Of a stretch of 64,000 nt of DNA, positions 38,218-49,000 are shown piece after piece (the first letter of the stretch is position 1; each line of letters opens with the position of its first letter). The stretch lies in NCBI GenBank assembly GCA_964252035.1, contig OZ176201.1. The stretch is one strand, 5' to 3'. The DNA comes from Podarcis erhardii. Taxonomy: Eukaryota. A program made the position numbers and the translations under genes. The notes beneath the pieces are model-generated. The model searched no databases, was not told the DNA's origin, and saw nothing but the letters and a program-made list of their open reading frames with translations.

Positions 38218-38732
38218 CAGGGGCGCCGACTTATAAAAAATATTGGGGGGGCGGGGGCCCATACCGACTTATAAAAAATATTGGGGGGGCCCAAGACCTC
38301 CAAACCGCTGCTGCTGGGGGAACGAAAGGGGCGAGCCCCGGGCTGCCCCGACCTTAAGTGAACCTGTGAGGGCCCGCCCTTTGCGGCAGCCAATTGGCTG
38401 CCGCCGTGAGCGGTGAATATTAATGAGCTAAGGGGAATCCCCGCTTCTCGCGGGGCTGACGCCAGCTCCGCGAGATTGTTGATGGGTCGAGAGTCCGCAA
38501 CCCCACCCCCTCTCTAGATCGGGAGTGGCTTTGTTTTAACTCATTACTGAATGTATTTTAAAAGGTAACTATCGTCAAACAAGGAAAATAAAAAATACCA
38601 ACATAATTTTGTGATTTTACAAAGCATAATATAACTAATAATTTTCTTAAATTATTGGGGGGGCAGAGCCCCCCCAAACGAATTTTTGAGGGGCCTCGGG
38701 CCCCCTCAGGCCCCATGGAGTCGGCGCCTATG
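38218..38732. mobile_element. hAT-type MITE, 515 bp, CpG-rich
   Basis: TIRs caggggcgccgact / agtcggcgcctatg, a perfect 8-bp TSD acagggcc, and an internal duplication of ccgacttataaaaaatattggggggg. Confidence 0.92.
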
Positions 38733-39047
38733 ACAGGGCCTGTGTATAATGATGACCCTAAAAGGTTGCCCCTCTCTGCCTGGCTTGGTGGCCCTCCTGG
38801 CATTGAAATTCCTTTAACTCAAACAGCTGCAGAGCCGAATAAGAGGTGAACATGGAAGCCAGCACTAAAGCAGAATGAGGGAAGTAAACATGCCATTGCC
38901 TCTTCCTCCTCAGTCAGGCAATTAGAACGCTGCAAGGCATGGCAGGAACACTGACTGCAAACAGGGAAAATGCTGGCGGTTTTTGAAAACAAAACTGCAA
39001 AATACAGTGGCTCCTCCTGGCTGCAGACTGCACCCCAGTCCTTCCTG

Positions 39048-39063
39048 GTTACCATGGCAACTG
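39048..39063. promoter_or_regulatory. Consensus RFX X-box GTTACCATGGCAAC overlapping a MYB core CAACTG
   Basis: Direct motif match in a MEIKIN intron, 335 nt upstream of the 39396 exon. Confidence 0.45.
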
Positions 39064-39395
39064 TGTTTGTGGACTCTTGAAAAGTGATTCATCCAGAGTA
39101 GCTCACCCCCACCCCATTTTCATACTTGCAGACACACATACCATTTAAGAATCTCATTCCACTAAAAAAAAGGGAAAGAAAGAGAAAATTGAGTGAAAAG
39201 GACAAGCCACATAGTGTTAAGGGGTGGTTAAAAGCTCAGAAATTGAGGCCGAATGAATGGCTCTGCAGATCAGCCAGTAAATGACTGCAGATCAGCCCAT
39301 GACCCCCAAACTGCAGCACAGAATTGAGACAGAGAAGTAGCTGGACCAATTTGCGCAGTCAAATTGATGAATTATTTTTCGTCCTGTTTTCTCAG

Positions 39396-39490
39396 GGAAA
39401 CAAGTGTGCAAAATTTTGCCTGCAAAGGAAAAGACACCTGAATTGCAATCATTTGGAGCCTCCTTATTGCCTCAAAAACAAACAAAAAAG
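39396..39490 (+). CDS. MEIKIN: MEIKIN exon (G-KQVCKILPAKEKTPELQSFGASLLPQKQTKK), 95 nt, phase 1-0
   Basis: Very strong ttttcgtcctgttttctcag acceptor and gtgatg donor. VCKILPAKEKTPE...TKK resembles human ACEILLAEKTCPSTPEKTKKK. Confidence 0.8.
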
Positions 39491-39557
39491 GTGATGAGTT
39501 TAATGTTCATAGGTTGCCATGTGTGAATTGGGATAGTGGTGTGGTGGACAACTAACT

Positions 39558-39686
39558 GTAGTGGCTCGGTAGAGTATGAGAGACTTAATCTCAGAGCCGT
39601 AGGCCATGTTGGGGAGAAGATGCCTGCATTGTTGGGGTTGGACTACATGACCCACATGGTCCCTTCCAACTCTACAATTCTATAAT
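39558..39686 (+). mobile_element. tRNA-head/CR1-tail SINE (Squam3-type)
   Basis: gctcggtagagtatgaga...gttggactacatgacccacatggtcccttccaactctacaattcta. Confidence 0.8.
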
Positions 39687-41181
39687 TTTATCCATCCTAC
39701 CTATAGATGAATCTGGACAGGAGTGTGATAATAATCTCCAGTTGACTGTAGTCCTTTCATTCATTTATTTAAAAATCCAGTAAGGGGTCATCATGGGTTT
39801 ACTGGGGATGGGGCTGTAGTCCTGGCACACTGCCTGGCCCCATCTTTAGATGAGCATTCTGTTACCCTGGATCAGTCACCCTGACCAAGGGGCCAGGGCA
39901 GGAGCTCAAGCAGTAATCACATGATGGCACCTTAGTGCCAGTGCTGAGTGAAGGGGGCTACACTTGATGCTACAACTTCAAAATAGGTGCAGATCATGCT
40001 ATGGTGGCGCAGTGGGATTGTTAACCCTTCCCCTGCTTGCTGACTCTGCTCTCACAATTCTTCCCTGGTCCTCCCCATGCACTTGATGGGGCAGCTTTCT
40101 GTGTTCCATTGTAAATTGAATTATTTGGGTGGGTAATGATTAAGCACCTCTTGTTTTCTTACTTTTGAAGTTGGATTTCAAATTGATCTCGTGGAAATCA
40201 TTAGAACATCCAATTATAAAACAACAGAATTAAGGTTGTCCCTTCAACCTGTCTTAAATAGCCACCCAAATAAAAATGTTCTGGTAACTTAGGCTCTAAA
40301 TTTGGTAAACCTTTGGAGAAGGAAGCTGCTATACCTGAGGCATCCTCAAAAGAAACTCACTGGGCCCTAGTGGTACAAATTCATTTTTTTCATATATTAT
40401 AGAAAGGTGCTCTCGGCTTATCTTTCAACTAATCTTTTTACATAAAATGAAACCACTTTCCATCTAGAATCTCTAGTCAGTGGCTATTACTTGTTCTTCT
40501 AAGTGGGCGTGGTTATCTTTTCTTCTGTGTAACTCCTTAAATAGTTGACAGTGTGAGCTCAGTGAAGGCCAAAGTAGAGGGGCAAACCATTCCCTAGCAG
40601 AATCTTCTTTTTACAAATATGTTTGTGTGTGTGTGGTCTTGATCAAAATAAAGGGTGGCTTCTATTCATGAGAGGAAAGCTATTTGTTAAAAGAAAAAAC
40701 TGTGCAAAGACAAGCTTCATAGCAGATATCTAGATTGCTCCTCACATTGCCCTTTTGGCCTCACACTGAGATTTTGGAATTGGGAATTGTTAGTGTTGTG
40801 TGCTGAGATCATTTGGAACAAATGTCATGTTTTTAGTGAACATAAAATGGGTCAAGCACTCTATTGGCTGGCCATCTTCCAGGGAATGTCATGTGACCCT
40901 AGTCCTAATGAAGTATAGTGCAGCGACTAAAACCTTGATTTAAATCTCATCTCTCCTCTGCCATGAGATTACTAGTTGGTCTTCAGCAAGCTGCTATCAC
41001 TTTCTCCCTCCCCTGCAACATGAGGATAATAAGTGAGAGTTTCATCATTGCTATTGTTCATAAGAATTACTGAGATGTATACAAAGCACTTCAATTGCTC
41101 AAAATGCTATCTAAAACACTTTTAAGTACGTCCCTTACAAGTGTTGATGATACAACTATACAATTCTTCATGTTTCTGTAG

Positions 41182-41328
41182 ACTAAAGATCAGCAACCCA
41201 GGAAAATGAAGTGCACAAAAAGAGTACTGTTTTCCTCATCCTCATCCTCTCCTTATGTATTGGGTCCAGCCAAATTTTGTGGAATTGCAGCTGAAACCTT
41301 AGGCTCTGCACAGCCAGGTACTGGCATG
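41182..41328 (+). CDS. MEIKIN: Probable MEIKIN exon (TKDQQPRKMKCTKRVLFSSSSSSPYVLGPAKFCGIAAETLGSAQPGTGM), 147 nt, phase 0-0
   Basis: tgtttctgtag acceptor, perfect ATG|gtaagt donor and only frame 0 open. I recall no clear counterpart in human MEIKIN. Confidence 0.65.
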
Positions 41329-42085
41329 GTAAGTTGTTTTCAACTGCTAAGCTTTAAGGGAATGGGGAGTGCTGCACTTGGGGGTTAGAGAGCTGCTGCA
41401 AGGCTAAGAAGATGCAGAAACTATACTGAATGGTGCTGTGGTAAATTACAACGCAAAAGCTGGCAAAAGACAAAAGTGGCACTAGTTAAACTAGGTGTCT
41501 GGAGACCTGGGGTCTTTGGGATGTTGTTAGACCCCAGCTCCCATCGTCTCTAACTATTAGACACACTGGCTAGGGCTGATGGGAGGTTGGGTCATGTTAA
41601 ATAATATGGATAAGCCTTTTGTTGTCTGTGGGCTGAATTGGACGCATAAACCCTCTTCAAAATTGGGAGTCTCTCTTCCCTTTGGCATGGTTCCACTGAT
41701 AGGTGTACTTAGTGTTCAGGAAACAGGAATTAGTGCTTCAGTTGGCTTTTCCATACTTACCTTTTGCCCCCTGCTTTCTAGGCGCAGGTCTGGGCTTTAA
41801 AGCTCAGTGTCTGAGCACTCCCCCCCCCCCCACGCTTTCCCCAGGAAAACTCTCTCTTTAATGCAGAATCAAAACAAATGGCAATTCGGGTTTGGGGCAA
41901 ATTGCCATTCGCTCTGATTCAGTGATAAAGAGTGGGGCTTTGCAGGAAAAGAACTGGCGCAAAAATAAAAGTGCTTGGATGGGGGGCATTAAAGCACAGA
42001 CCTATGCCTAGAAACACAGCACAAAAGGAAGTCTCGATGAGCCCAGAGTCTTCTCAGACATGTTCACTTGACATTTTGCTTTCAG

Positions 42086-42142
42086 AATGAATTCAGAGTA
42101 TCCTGCGATACAACCAAAGCATTCTGTTTACAGGAAAATCTG
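42086..42142 (+). CDS. MEIKIN: Possible MEIKIN exon (NEFRVSCDTTKAFCLQENL), 57 nt, phase 0-0; an alternative longer donor lies at 42208
   Basis: Strong acattttgctttcag acceptor, weak gttatc donor and open frame 0. No recognisable homology. Confidence 0.35.
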
Positions 42143-42308
42143 GTTATCTGTTTACAATTGGAATTCTCTCTTATAAAGGAATTCTTGGAAACTGGATGGG
42201 GCTGCAGGTAGATGTTTTATATGAAGGAAATTAAATATTTTAAAATTAACAGCAGAACAGATTGCTCTTGCTATTTGCTTCTGATAAACTTTTATGTCTG
42301 TATCGGAG

Positions 42309-42598
42309 AGCAGTTCCAGAGCAGTGAACATAGGAAAGAATAAAGCACTATTAACAAGTGCAGCACTTCTACAGACAGAAGAATCATAGAATCATAGAGT
42401 TGGAAGAGACCACAAGGGCCATCGAGTCCAACCCCCTGCCAAGCAGGAAACACCATCAGAGCACTCCTGACATATGGTTGTCAAGCCTCTGCTTAAAGAC
42501 CTCCAAAGAAGGAGACTCCACCACACTCCTTGGCAGCAAATTCCACTGTCGAACAGCTCTTACTGTCAGGAAGTTCTTCCTAATGTTTAGGATTTAGA
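42309..42598 (+). pseudogene. MEIKIN: Apparently disabled MEIKIN exon: ancestral 81-nt phase 0-0 exon SSSRAVNIGKNKALLTSAALLQTE/GFR split by a 209-nt CR1 insertion
   Basis: Removing 42381-42589 restores 27 codons that align without gaps to human KTNSSTPGKKNRGLLTSTPSSETAGFV and run on into the next exon (LDSSSV vs IDLSSV). With the insert, a TAG stop falls at 42387-42389. The acceptor (GAG) and donor (gtttag) are weak. Confidence 0.72.
42381..42589 (-). mobile_element. Young 5'-truncated CR1 LINE 3' end (209 nt) inserted into a MEIKIN exon
   Basis: Begins gaatcatagaatcatagagttggaagagacc, the reverse complement of the CR1 (ATTCTATG)n tail. Ends tactgtcaggaagttcttcctaatgttta. An ag microhomology lies at both junctions. 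Confidence 0.92.
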
Positions 42599-43072
42599 GT
42601 TTAGCAAAATAAGCTCAAAACAAATGTAACCATTTGCATTTATTTCCATGTGAATGATACAATGCAATGAAATGTGTTTATATTTAAAACATCAGGGTCT
42701 TGGTGTTGTTGTTTGTATCAGTTTCAGACGGCCATTTTCAAACCAGTTTTGTGGGCCAAAAGCTATATCTCATTTATCTGCATAATTTCCTGGCTTTTGA
42801 AATGTTTCTCAGTACTGTATGTGCTAGTAGCTGTTTTGAAATCTGGGGGCCACTTTAGGCAATACCTTTCCTGTGTAGAAAATAATCATCATGCAGGAAG
42901 AAAAGTACTTGCATTCATATAAAAATTGCACATATATAACCGTTGCGGCTTCCAAATATGTGGCAAAATAGATGTCGGTACTGGTGGCCAGAGTGTAGGG
43001 GAAAAGCTGTACATCTCCACTTACCTGTTGTTCAAACCACAGACTAATTTCATTTCTTCCTCTTTACTATTT

Positions 43073-43119
43073 CATTATTATTGTTGTTATTACTATTATT
43101 ATTATTATTATTATTATTA
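43073..43119. repeat. (TAT)n microsatellite
   Basis: Read directly from the sequence. Confidence 0.95.
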
Positions 43120-43664
43120 AACATGCATCTCTTAAGATACACAAAAGGCTTAAAAGAGATAGCGATTGGCTTCGTGGTAGTGTGTGGATTTCACTCTCGG
43201 TCTACTCTGTTCAACGTGCCACACTAGCTTTTTTTAAAAGGAAAGAAAAGAAGCATAAACAAACTGTAAGATTGCCTTCATTTGCCTTATCAGTAGTTTA
43301 GGTCATCCTGAAGACAGATAAGTATATATTCAGAGATTCTCAAGTATTACACTAAATGTTCCGCTCAATTCAGAAAAGCAGTATGCAAGTGTCCTTTTGT
43401 CTTCCTTCTGACAAACAACTGCAGTTACCCCCTAGGGCTATATAGTAGTGTGCTGGGAGAGAGAAGCTGAGTGACCTGTGACAGTCACGTACTGACAAAG
43501 AGAAGGCTAATTGTCATTCTTCCTCATGACTCAGACAGGCTGTATATGCAAAGTATAGGATGCCAGGAGGAGACTCATTTGAAAGCTTGCTTCACCTTTT
43601 AGTTGAAGGATCTTAGATCCGTATTAATGAGAGTGCTGTACATTTTTGTTTTGTTTTGATATAG

Positions 43665-43790
43665 TTGGACTCTTCATCAGTGCATAAAGTCTCACTCGGT
43701 GAAGCTTCCTTGCCAAGCACAAGTCATTCAAATGTAAATTCAAAAGAAGTCATTCCTGCTTCCCTGTCTCCAGAAAGTGTTATTCATCAG
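43665..43790 (+). CDS. MEIKIN: MEIKIN exon (LDSSSVHKVSLGEASLPSTSHSNVNSKEVIPASLSPESVIHQ), 126 nt, phase 0-0
   Basis: ttttgatatag acceptor and CAG|gtcata donor. Aligns to human IDLSSVQKASFEELFPNVSNYVNSNEVVPVSSLQE. Confidence 0.85.
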
Positions 43791-44367
43791 GTCATATCTC
43801 TATTATATTTTTCCCTTTGCGGCAGTGCTAACCAAACATACTTAGGAGAGAGTGTGTGTACATACTTTTAAATGGACAGGGCAGGAGAACATGTCAAATG
43901 ATTCCAAAACTCAAAATTGCCTATCTATGGTAAGTGAGGATGGGATATTTAAATAGAAGTCATGTTGTGAGGCCTGTCCCAAACCTGTTTGACTATACAA
44001 GCAGCTGCCACAAAGAAAGTCCACTGTAGAGCTGCATTAAAAAAAAAAAAAGCACAATCAAGAATACGCAGTACTTGGCCACATCTTAATTATTTTAAAC
44101 GTTTAAGATGATGCACTTTTGCTGAAAAAATAGCAGAACCAGGGTTTTTTTCCACCCAGAGCCTGTAGGGGGTGAAAAGAGTATGTTTGTAGTGAACACA
44201 TTTAGGGCACCTTCCTGTTGGCGGAATGTCCTACAAAACATGGCTTTTTCCAGATATTAAAATTACTACCATAGTTTAGTGTTATCGTTAATGAGCAGCA
44301 CCAAGCCTTGAACTTGTGAACTCACTTCTCCTTTTCCTTTGGTACAGCCTAAAAGGGATTGGACGCA

Positions 44368-44736
44368 GGGACACATGTGGCACTGTGGTCTAAACCACTG
44401 AGCCTAGAGCTTGCCGATTGGAAGGTCGGTGGTTCGAACCCCCACGACGGGGTGAGCTCCCGTTGCTTGGTCCCTGCTCCTGCCAATCTAGCAGTTTGAA
44501 AGCACATCAAAGTGCAAGTAGATAAATAGGTTCCACTCCAGTGGGAAGGTAAATGGCATTTCTGTGTGCTGCTCTGGTTTTGCCAGAAGCGGCTTAGTCA
44601 TGCTGGCCACATGACCCGGAAAAACTGTCTGCGGACAAACATCAGCTCCCTTGGCCAGTAAAGCGAGATGAGCGCCGCAACCCCAGAGTCGTCTGCAACT
44701 GGACTTAACTGTCAGGGGTCCTTTACCTTTACCTTT
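44368..44736 (+). mobile_element. Full-length Sauria SINE, second subfamily
   Basis: tRNA-like head with ggttcgaacc, (ACCTTT)n tail, and an imperfect TSD taaaagggattgga / taaaggggactgga. Confidence 0.93.
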
Positions 44737-45091
44737 AAAGGGGACTGGAAGCTTTTGCTTTTAAACCAACCATAATTCCTCATTATGTTCAAACTCGAGA
44801 GTATGTTCGAGAGAAATGATGCTTTGTCAGGATCAAATATGATTTACAATCCTGACTTTCTGTCTAACTGTTTTTGAATTCTTGAGTTTCCTGAGTTAAG
44901 ATGCAAACAAAGGAACTCTGCTTTGCTTAAGTGGAAGCAAATGCTTCCAGGTTCTTCCTCGTGGCCCCTCTGGAGGAGAAAAGGGGAGAGGGAGCATGGG
45001 AGCCCAAAGCTATTGGTTCATAATTCAGTGCTGCATCAAAGCCCAGTCTATGCCTCGTTGGACGGCCTAAGTTTTGTTCCATTTCTTTCAG

Positions 45092-45215
45092 TGTCTACGT
45101 AACCCTCCAGAAATCTGCTGTATCATTAAAGCTTCACCAGGATCTAGACCACTGAAAGTTCTCCAACGCCCACTGAAAAGAAAAAGAGTGTTTCCCCCAC
45201 CAGGAGCAACTGAAG
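45092..45215 (+). CDS. MEIKIN: MEIKIN exon (CLRNPPEICCIIKASPGSRPLKVLQRPLKRKRVFPPPGATE-D), 124 nt, phase 0-1
   Basis: tttctttcag acceptor and gtaaag donor. EICCIIKASPGSR matches human EICCIIRTSPGTR in the C-terminal kinetochore/CENP-C-binding region. Confidence 0.93.
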
Positions 45216-45508
45216 GTAAAGCAGGACAGGGGATACAGAATATGTATTTATTGTGAGAACCCCTTACACAAGGAAGAGATTTGGGGTGGTTGTTGTTTGT
45301 TGTTGTAAACTGTTGAAGCTCCTGTTTTTGACTGAAGGAACCCTTACTTGTAAGTATAGGTTGTGCCACAAAACTTCCCTTCTGTTTGAATCTACAAAAC
45401 AAATTGCTGGGGATATGAAGGACATTGGGCTTGGACTTGGGTTGAAAGCCCAGCTCAGCCTAGAACCTGCCAGGTCACTGGGCAAATCATGATTACTCAA
45501 AGATTGTG

Positions 45509-45690
45509 AGAGATGTAGCTGAATGGTAGAGCATCTGCTTTGTATGCAAAAGGTTCCAGGGTTCAACCCCTGGCTTGCCCAGGTAGAGCTGGAAATGTCT
45601 GTAGTCTGAAACTCTAGAGAACCACTGCCAGTGTAGATGAGATGCTTTCATGCAGAAAGAAGATCCCAGGTTCTGTCTGGCACCTCCAGG
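45509..45690 (+). mobile_element. tRNA-derived SINE (Squam2-like) with a partly repeated head
   Basis: gtagctgaatggtagagcatctgctttgtatgcaaaaggttccagggttcaacccctggc, followed by SINE body. Confidence 0.7.
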
Positions 45691-45832
45691 CCAGGTTGTA
45701 GATATGATGGTGGGTCTCCTGGGTGGCAGAATCAGGGAGATTGGATAGCTCTGTAAGTCAATTAAAGTGATATATTTTCTTCAAAAAGTGAAATTGAAGT
45801 TAATTCCCAATGCAAATTGATTTCTTTTCCAG

Positions 45833-45858
45833 ATATTATTACCAGTTCAAAATACTAG
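45833..45858 (+). CDS. MEIKIN: MEIKIN last coding exon (D-IITSSKY*); the exon continues to a donor at 45876
   Basis: ttcttttccag acceptor. DII matches the human DIIIKMA end. TAG at 45856-45858. Confidence 0.85.
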
Positions 45859-45949
45859 AGCTACAGGAACAATAGGTAAGTACTGCTGCATGTAATGTGG
45901 GGTAGGGGAGAGAAAGAGAGGGTAGCACCTTCTAGAAACCTCAGCAGCA

Positions 45950-46092
45950 TCCTTCTTAACCTGGGGCCCTCCAGATGTTGTTGGACTCCCTCCCAGTTCC
46001 CATCATCCCAGGTAGCATGGACAGTGATCAGGGATGATGGGACTTAGAGTCCAACAACATCTGGAGGAAACTAGGTTGGGTAAGAAGCCTGC
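45950..46092. mobile_element. Short foldback MITE, same family as 34110
   Basis: ccctccagatgttgttggactc...cccatcatccc / gggatgatggg...gagtccaacaacatctggagg arms. Confidence 0.8.
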
Positions 46093-49000
46093 CCTGCAGC
46101 CGTATTATATGGGCAGTGGGTTCAGTAAAAAAGAAAAAAGAAATGGACACCTAAGTCCTATCTGAACGAATGGGACTGATGTTCTTTATATTATGCTGAT
46201 GCCCCAGTGATTTCAGTAGTTATTTTCTTTCTAACTTTTCAAAACATTTTGTTTGTCAGTGGTACATGATCTTCTAAACTGCAGTTTTATTGTCACAGAG
46301 TATTTAAAACACCTGAAAATATAGTGTGGGGGCCTTTATTGTTACCTTGAGGGAAAGTATTTTGTTTGTTTATGGACTGTTCTCTAAGGGTACAACATTT
46401 CATTTACTTGTTAAAGGAGAAAAAAACAGGAAATTGAGAACATGGAATGGTAGGAAGAAGCTGAGCTGCACGTTTGGATTTCGTTAAGTTTGAAAGTTTA
46501 TGACACCAAAAAAGATCCTGAAAATACTTACAGTTCTGGAAATCTATATTCTGGTAGGTAAAAATAAGATCAGGAATTATAAAAGTTAGTACAAGTGTTT
46601 ACCTCATGTTTTGTATATACCGCTATCCTGTATTGCAAAGCACTTCTTTATTGTAAAATGTGTGCTGAATATATACTTCTGGTAGCTCTCAGCCTGATTT
46701 CTAAAACTTAACTTTAAGTGCTTCGGTTTAAGCCAGTTTAGGATAACAGCATCTACTTGTAAATCTTAATATTTCACATCAACTAGTCTTGTGAAACTGA
46801 CTTGTGTGTGAATATGGATATGGATTTGAAACATTAAGCTAAGATGTGTATATGTAGAAAAATGAGATGCATTTTGTTAGAGTCAAAGTACTTGCATCTG
46901 AATTCAGAATGAAGTTCTAACCTTTAACATTTGGCATAAGAAATGCTCTGTTCCTACCTCCTTATTTTATTTTGTGCAAGTAGACTCTGGTCTGCCCACT
47001 TAGGACAAAAAGTGTACCCTGTGAAGTTTTGTCGGTAGCGTGATATTGACTGTACATTTCTATGTGTAACTGCTTAACCTATTTTTTTAAAAAAAATGTA
47101 GAGTGGTGTGCAGAAACCTGCCCAACTTCTGTACTGAATACAAAATCTGCACCACTGCATAAGCATACATAAAAGGAAAGTTCAAAGGAAACATTTTGAG
47201 TCTTCATTTGTTTAAAGTGGAAAACCATTTCCACCTGCATGCACCCTCCCTACCATGAGTCACAGAGAGTAGGAGGAAGACTGGATTGTCTAACGCTAAT
47301 TACTAACTTTCGCTTATAATATAAAGGGAAAGAGTAGTCAGGAGACCCAAATGATGCAAACTGCCTGAATTTCAGTCTTGATTCCAGCCTAAACTGCTGG
47401 TATCTGCCTCTGCTTCCTGTCACTTATTTTCAGCTGCCATTCTGGAAGCCTAAGCTAGCTCCTGTAGCTGTGTTTTTACAATGCCTCTTGAAGCATAAAT
47501 ATCAGCAGATCTTACGTTGTCTCCATGCTGCAAAAGTTTTTACCTGTTCATTTCTTTACATCTAGTTGCAGTTAAAGACAGAAGAGTAAGTGGAGCCATT
47601 GGGTTGTATCCAAGAAAGTTGTCTTGCCTACACAACAGGGCTTCTGCTTCCTCTCTTCTCCCCCCCCCCAACACCACCTCCCTGTTTGCTCTGGAGGGTT
47701 GGGAAAACCCCAGAACCGATTGGGAGAGGGGTGTGCAGGGAGAGCAGGTGCTGTTGCATAAGTGGGTGGAAACCACTTTTTAGGTCCTCCCAGAAGGGCA
47801 CTGAGGCTGGGAATCTTTTTCCGATAGCTCAAGCTAGCAGCATTCTCTCTTTCATCCAACATTCTACTCTTCAAGATGGGGATAATACAGAGCTGGTGTA
47901 AGGTTTACAGTGAGTGAATTTGCCATTGTTCAGCTCTTCCCATCCTTGGAATATGAGGTCTCCTCAGTGGAGGAACAGGGACATCAGAATTCCCCAGCAG
48001 ATCTCTACACCACAAGTGATCCTGAAGAGATTTTTGTATCCCTATTCCAGGTCACCATACCAGCTGACTGGGTTCCGGGCCATCTCTTCGTGTCCCACCC
48101 CTTGTCTCCCAACACCACAGGAGCCAAGATGGGAAGCCTAGCAGAAGCTTCAGAGCTACCACCAAAGTGCTCAGCTACCTGCACAGGAGGCTACTTGAGA
48201 GAAGGGGGAAGTATATGAAAGCACCTATGAAGATCAGCACAGGATGGAACCTCTGTCTCTTAGGGCTCATCCACACTTCCACTAGTCTCGTGCCTAGAAA
48301 GCACCTTGATGCCTGTCAAACTGCTGATCACATAAGGTTCTGTGGACATCCTTACGAACGTAAGGAGAAAGATTTCAGCTAGCTGTATTTTGAAGACCTA
48401 AGATACATGCAAAAATAAATACATTTAGAATGACAATGAGCGTTGATGTCTCAAGCGGGTAAAAATGTAAACAAAATCTGGAGAACGATTCTTCTAGAAT
48501 GGTGTATGGGTTATAGTGAAATGGTTGTCTACAGGTAACTGTTCAATCTCACAGTTTCTGTCTTCAGAATATCATACCTTGTCACACACTTTATTGATAG
48601 TGTACTAGAACTTGAATTTGGAGACAGCAGCATTAACCAGATTAGTCTGAAAGAATAATTTATTGCATTTGCTCCACGTCCTCGTGAAGACAAAGCTGGC
48701 CTAGAAGTTATCTGTGCATTTGAAGAAAATATCCACAATGCTACATGTTCCTGTGCAAATAACGCCAGTGGCGAAGGCGTTTTAAGATTGTTTCAAAAGG
48801 TGCATTTGATGAAAATACCAGATTTGATTAATATTTTACTATGAAGATGTGGTTATGCTAATTTAGGCCAAAGTACTTTTATGGCCTTACGTGCATCATG
48901 TGAACTGTTAAGAGTGTCTCCTTGATTATATTTGTATGCATGGGGCTTCCACGTTACAATATGCAGCTGCTGCCCTGCAGTGTGTGCTACCTGTCACTAA

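Noticed and set aside
41782-41861. Candidate MEIKIN exon reading GAGLGFKAQCLSTPPPP, with an STP
   Set aside because: It runs through a 12-C homopolymer into a stop with no donor. It would need a phase-1 partner and is better explained as intron. Worth revisiting only if RNA-seq shows coverage.
45509-45580. tRNA-like sequences here and at 11060, 20435, 39558, 44368 and 51398
   Set aside because: All are degenerate and continue into SINE bodies or tails, so they are SINE heads, not tRNA genes.
47517-48382. Cluster of overlapping 70-100 aa ORFs downstream of MEIKIN
   Set aside because: No recognisable homology, several frames open at once, and no coherent exon chain. At most a 3'UTR exon or old repeat.
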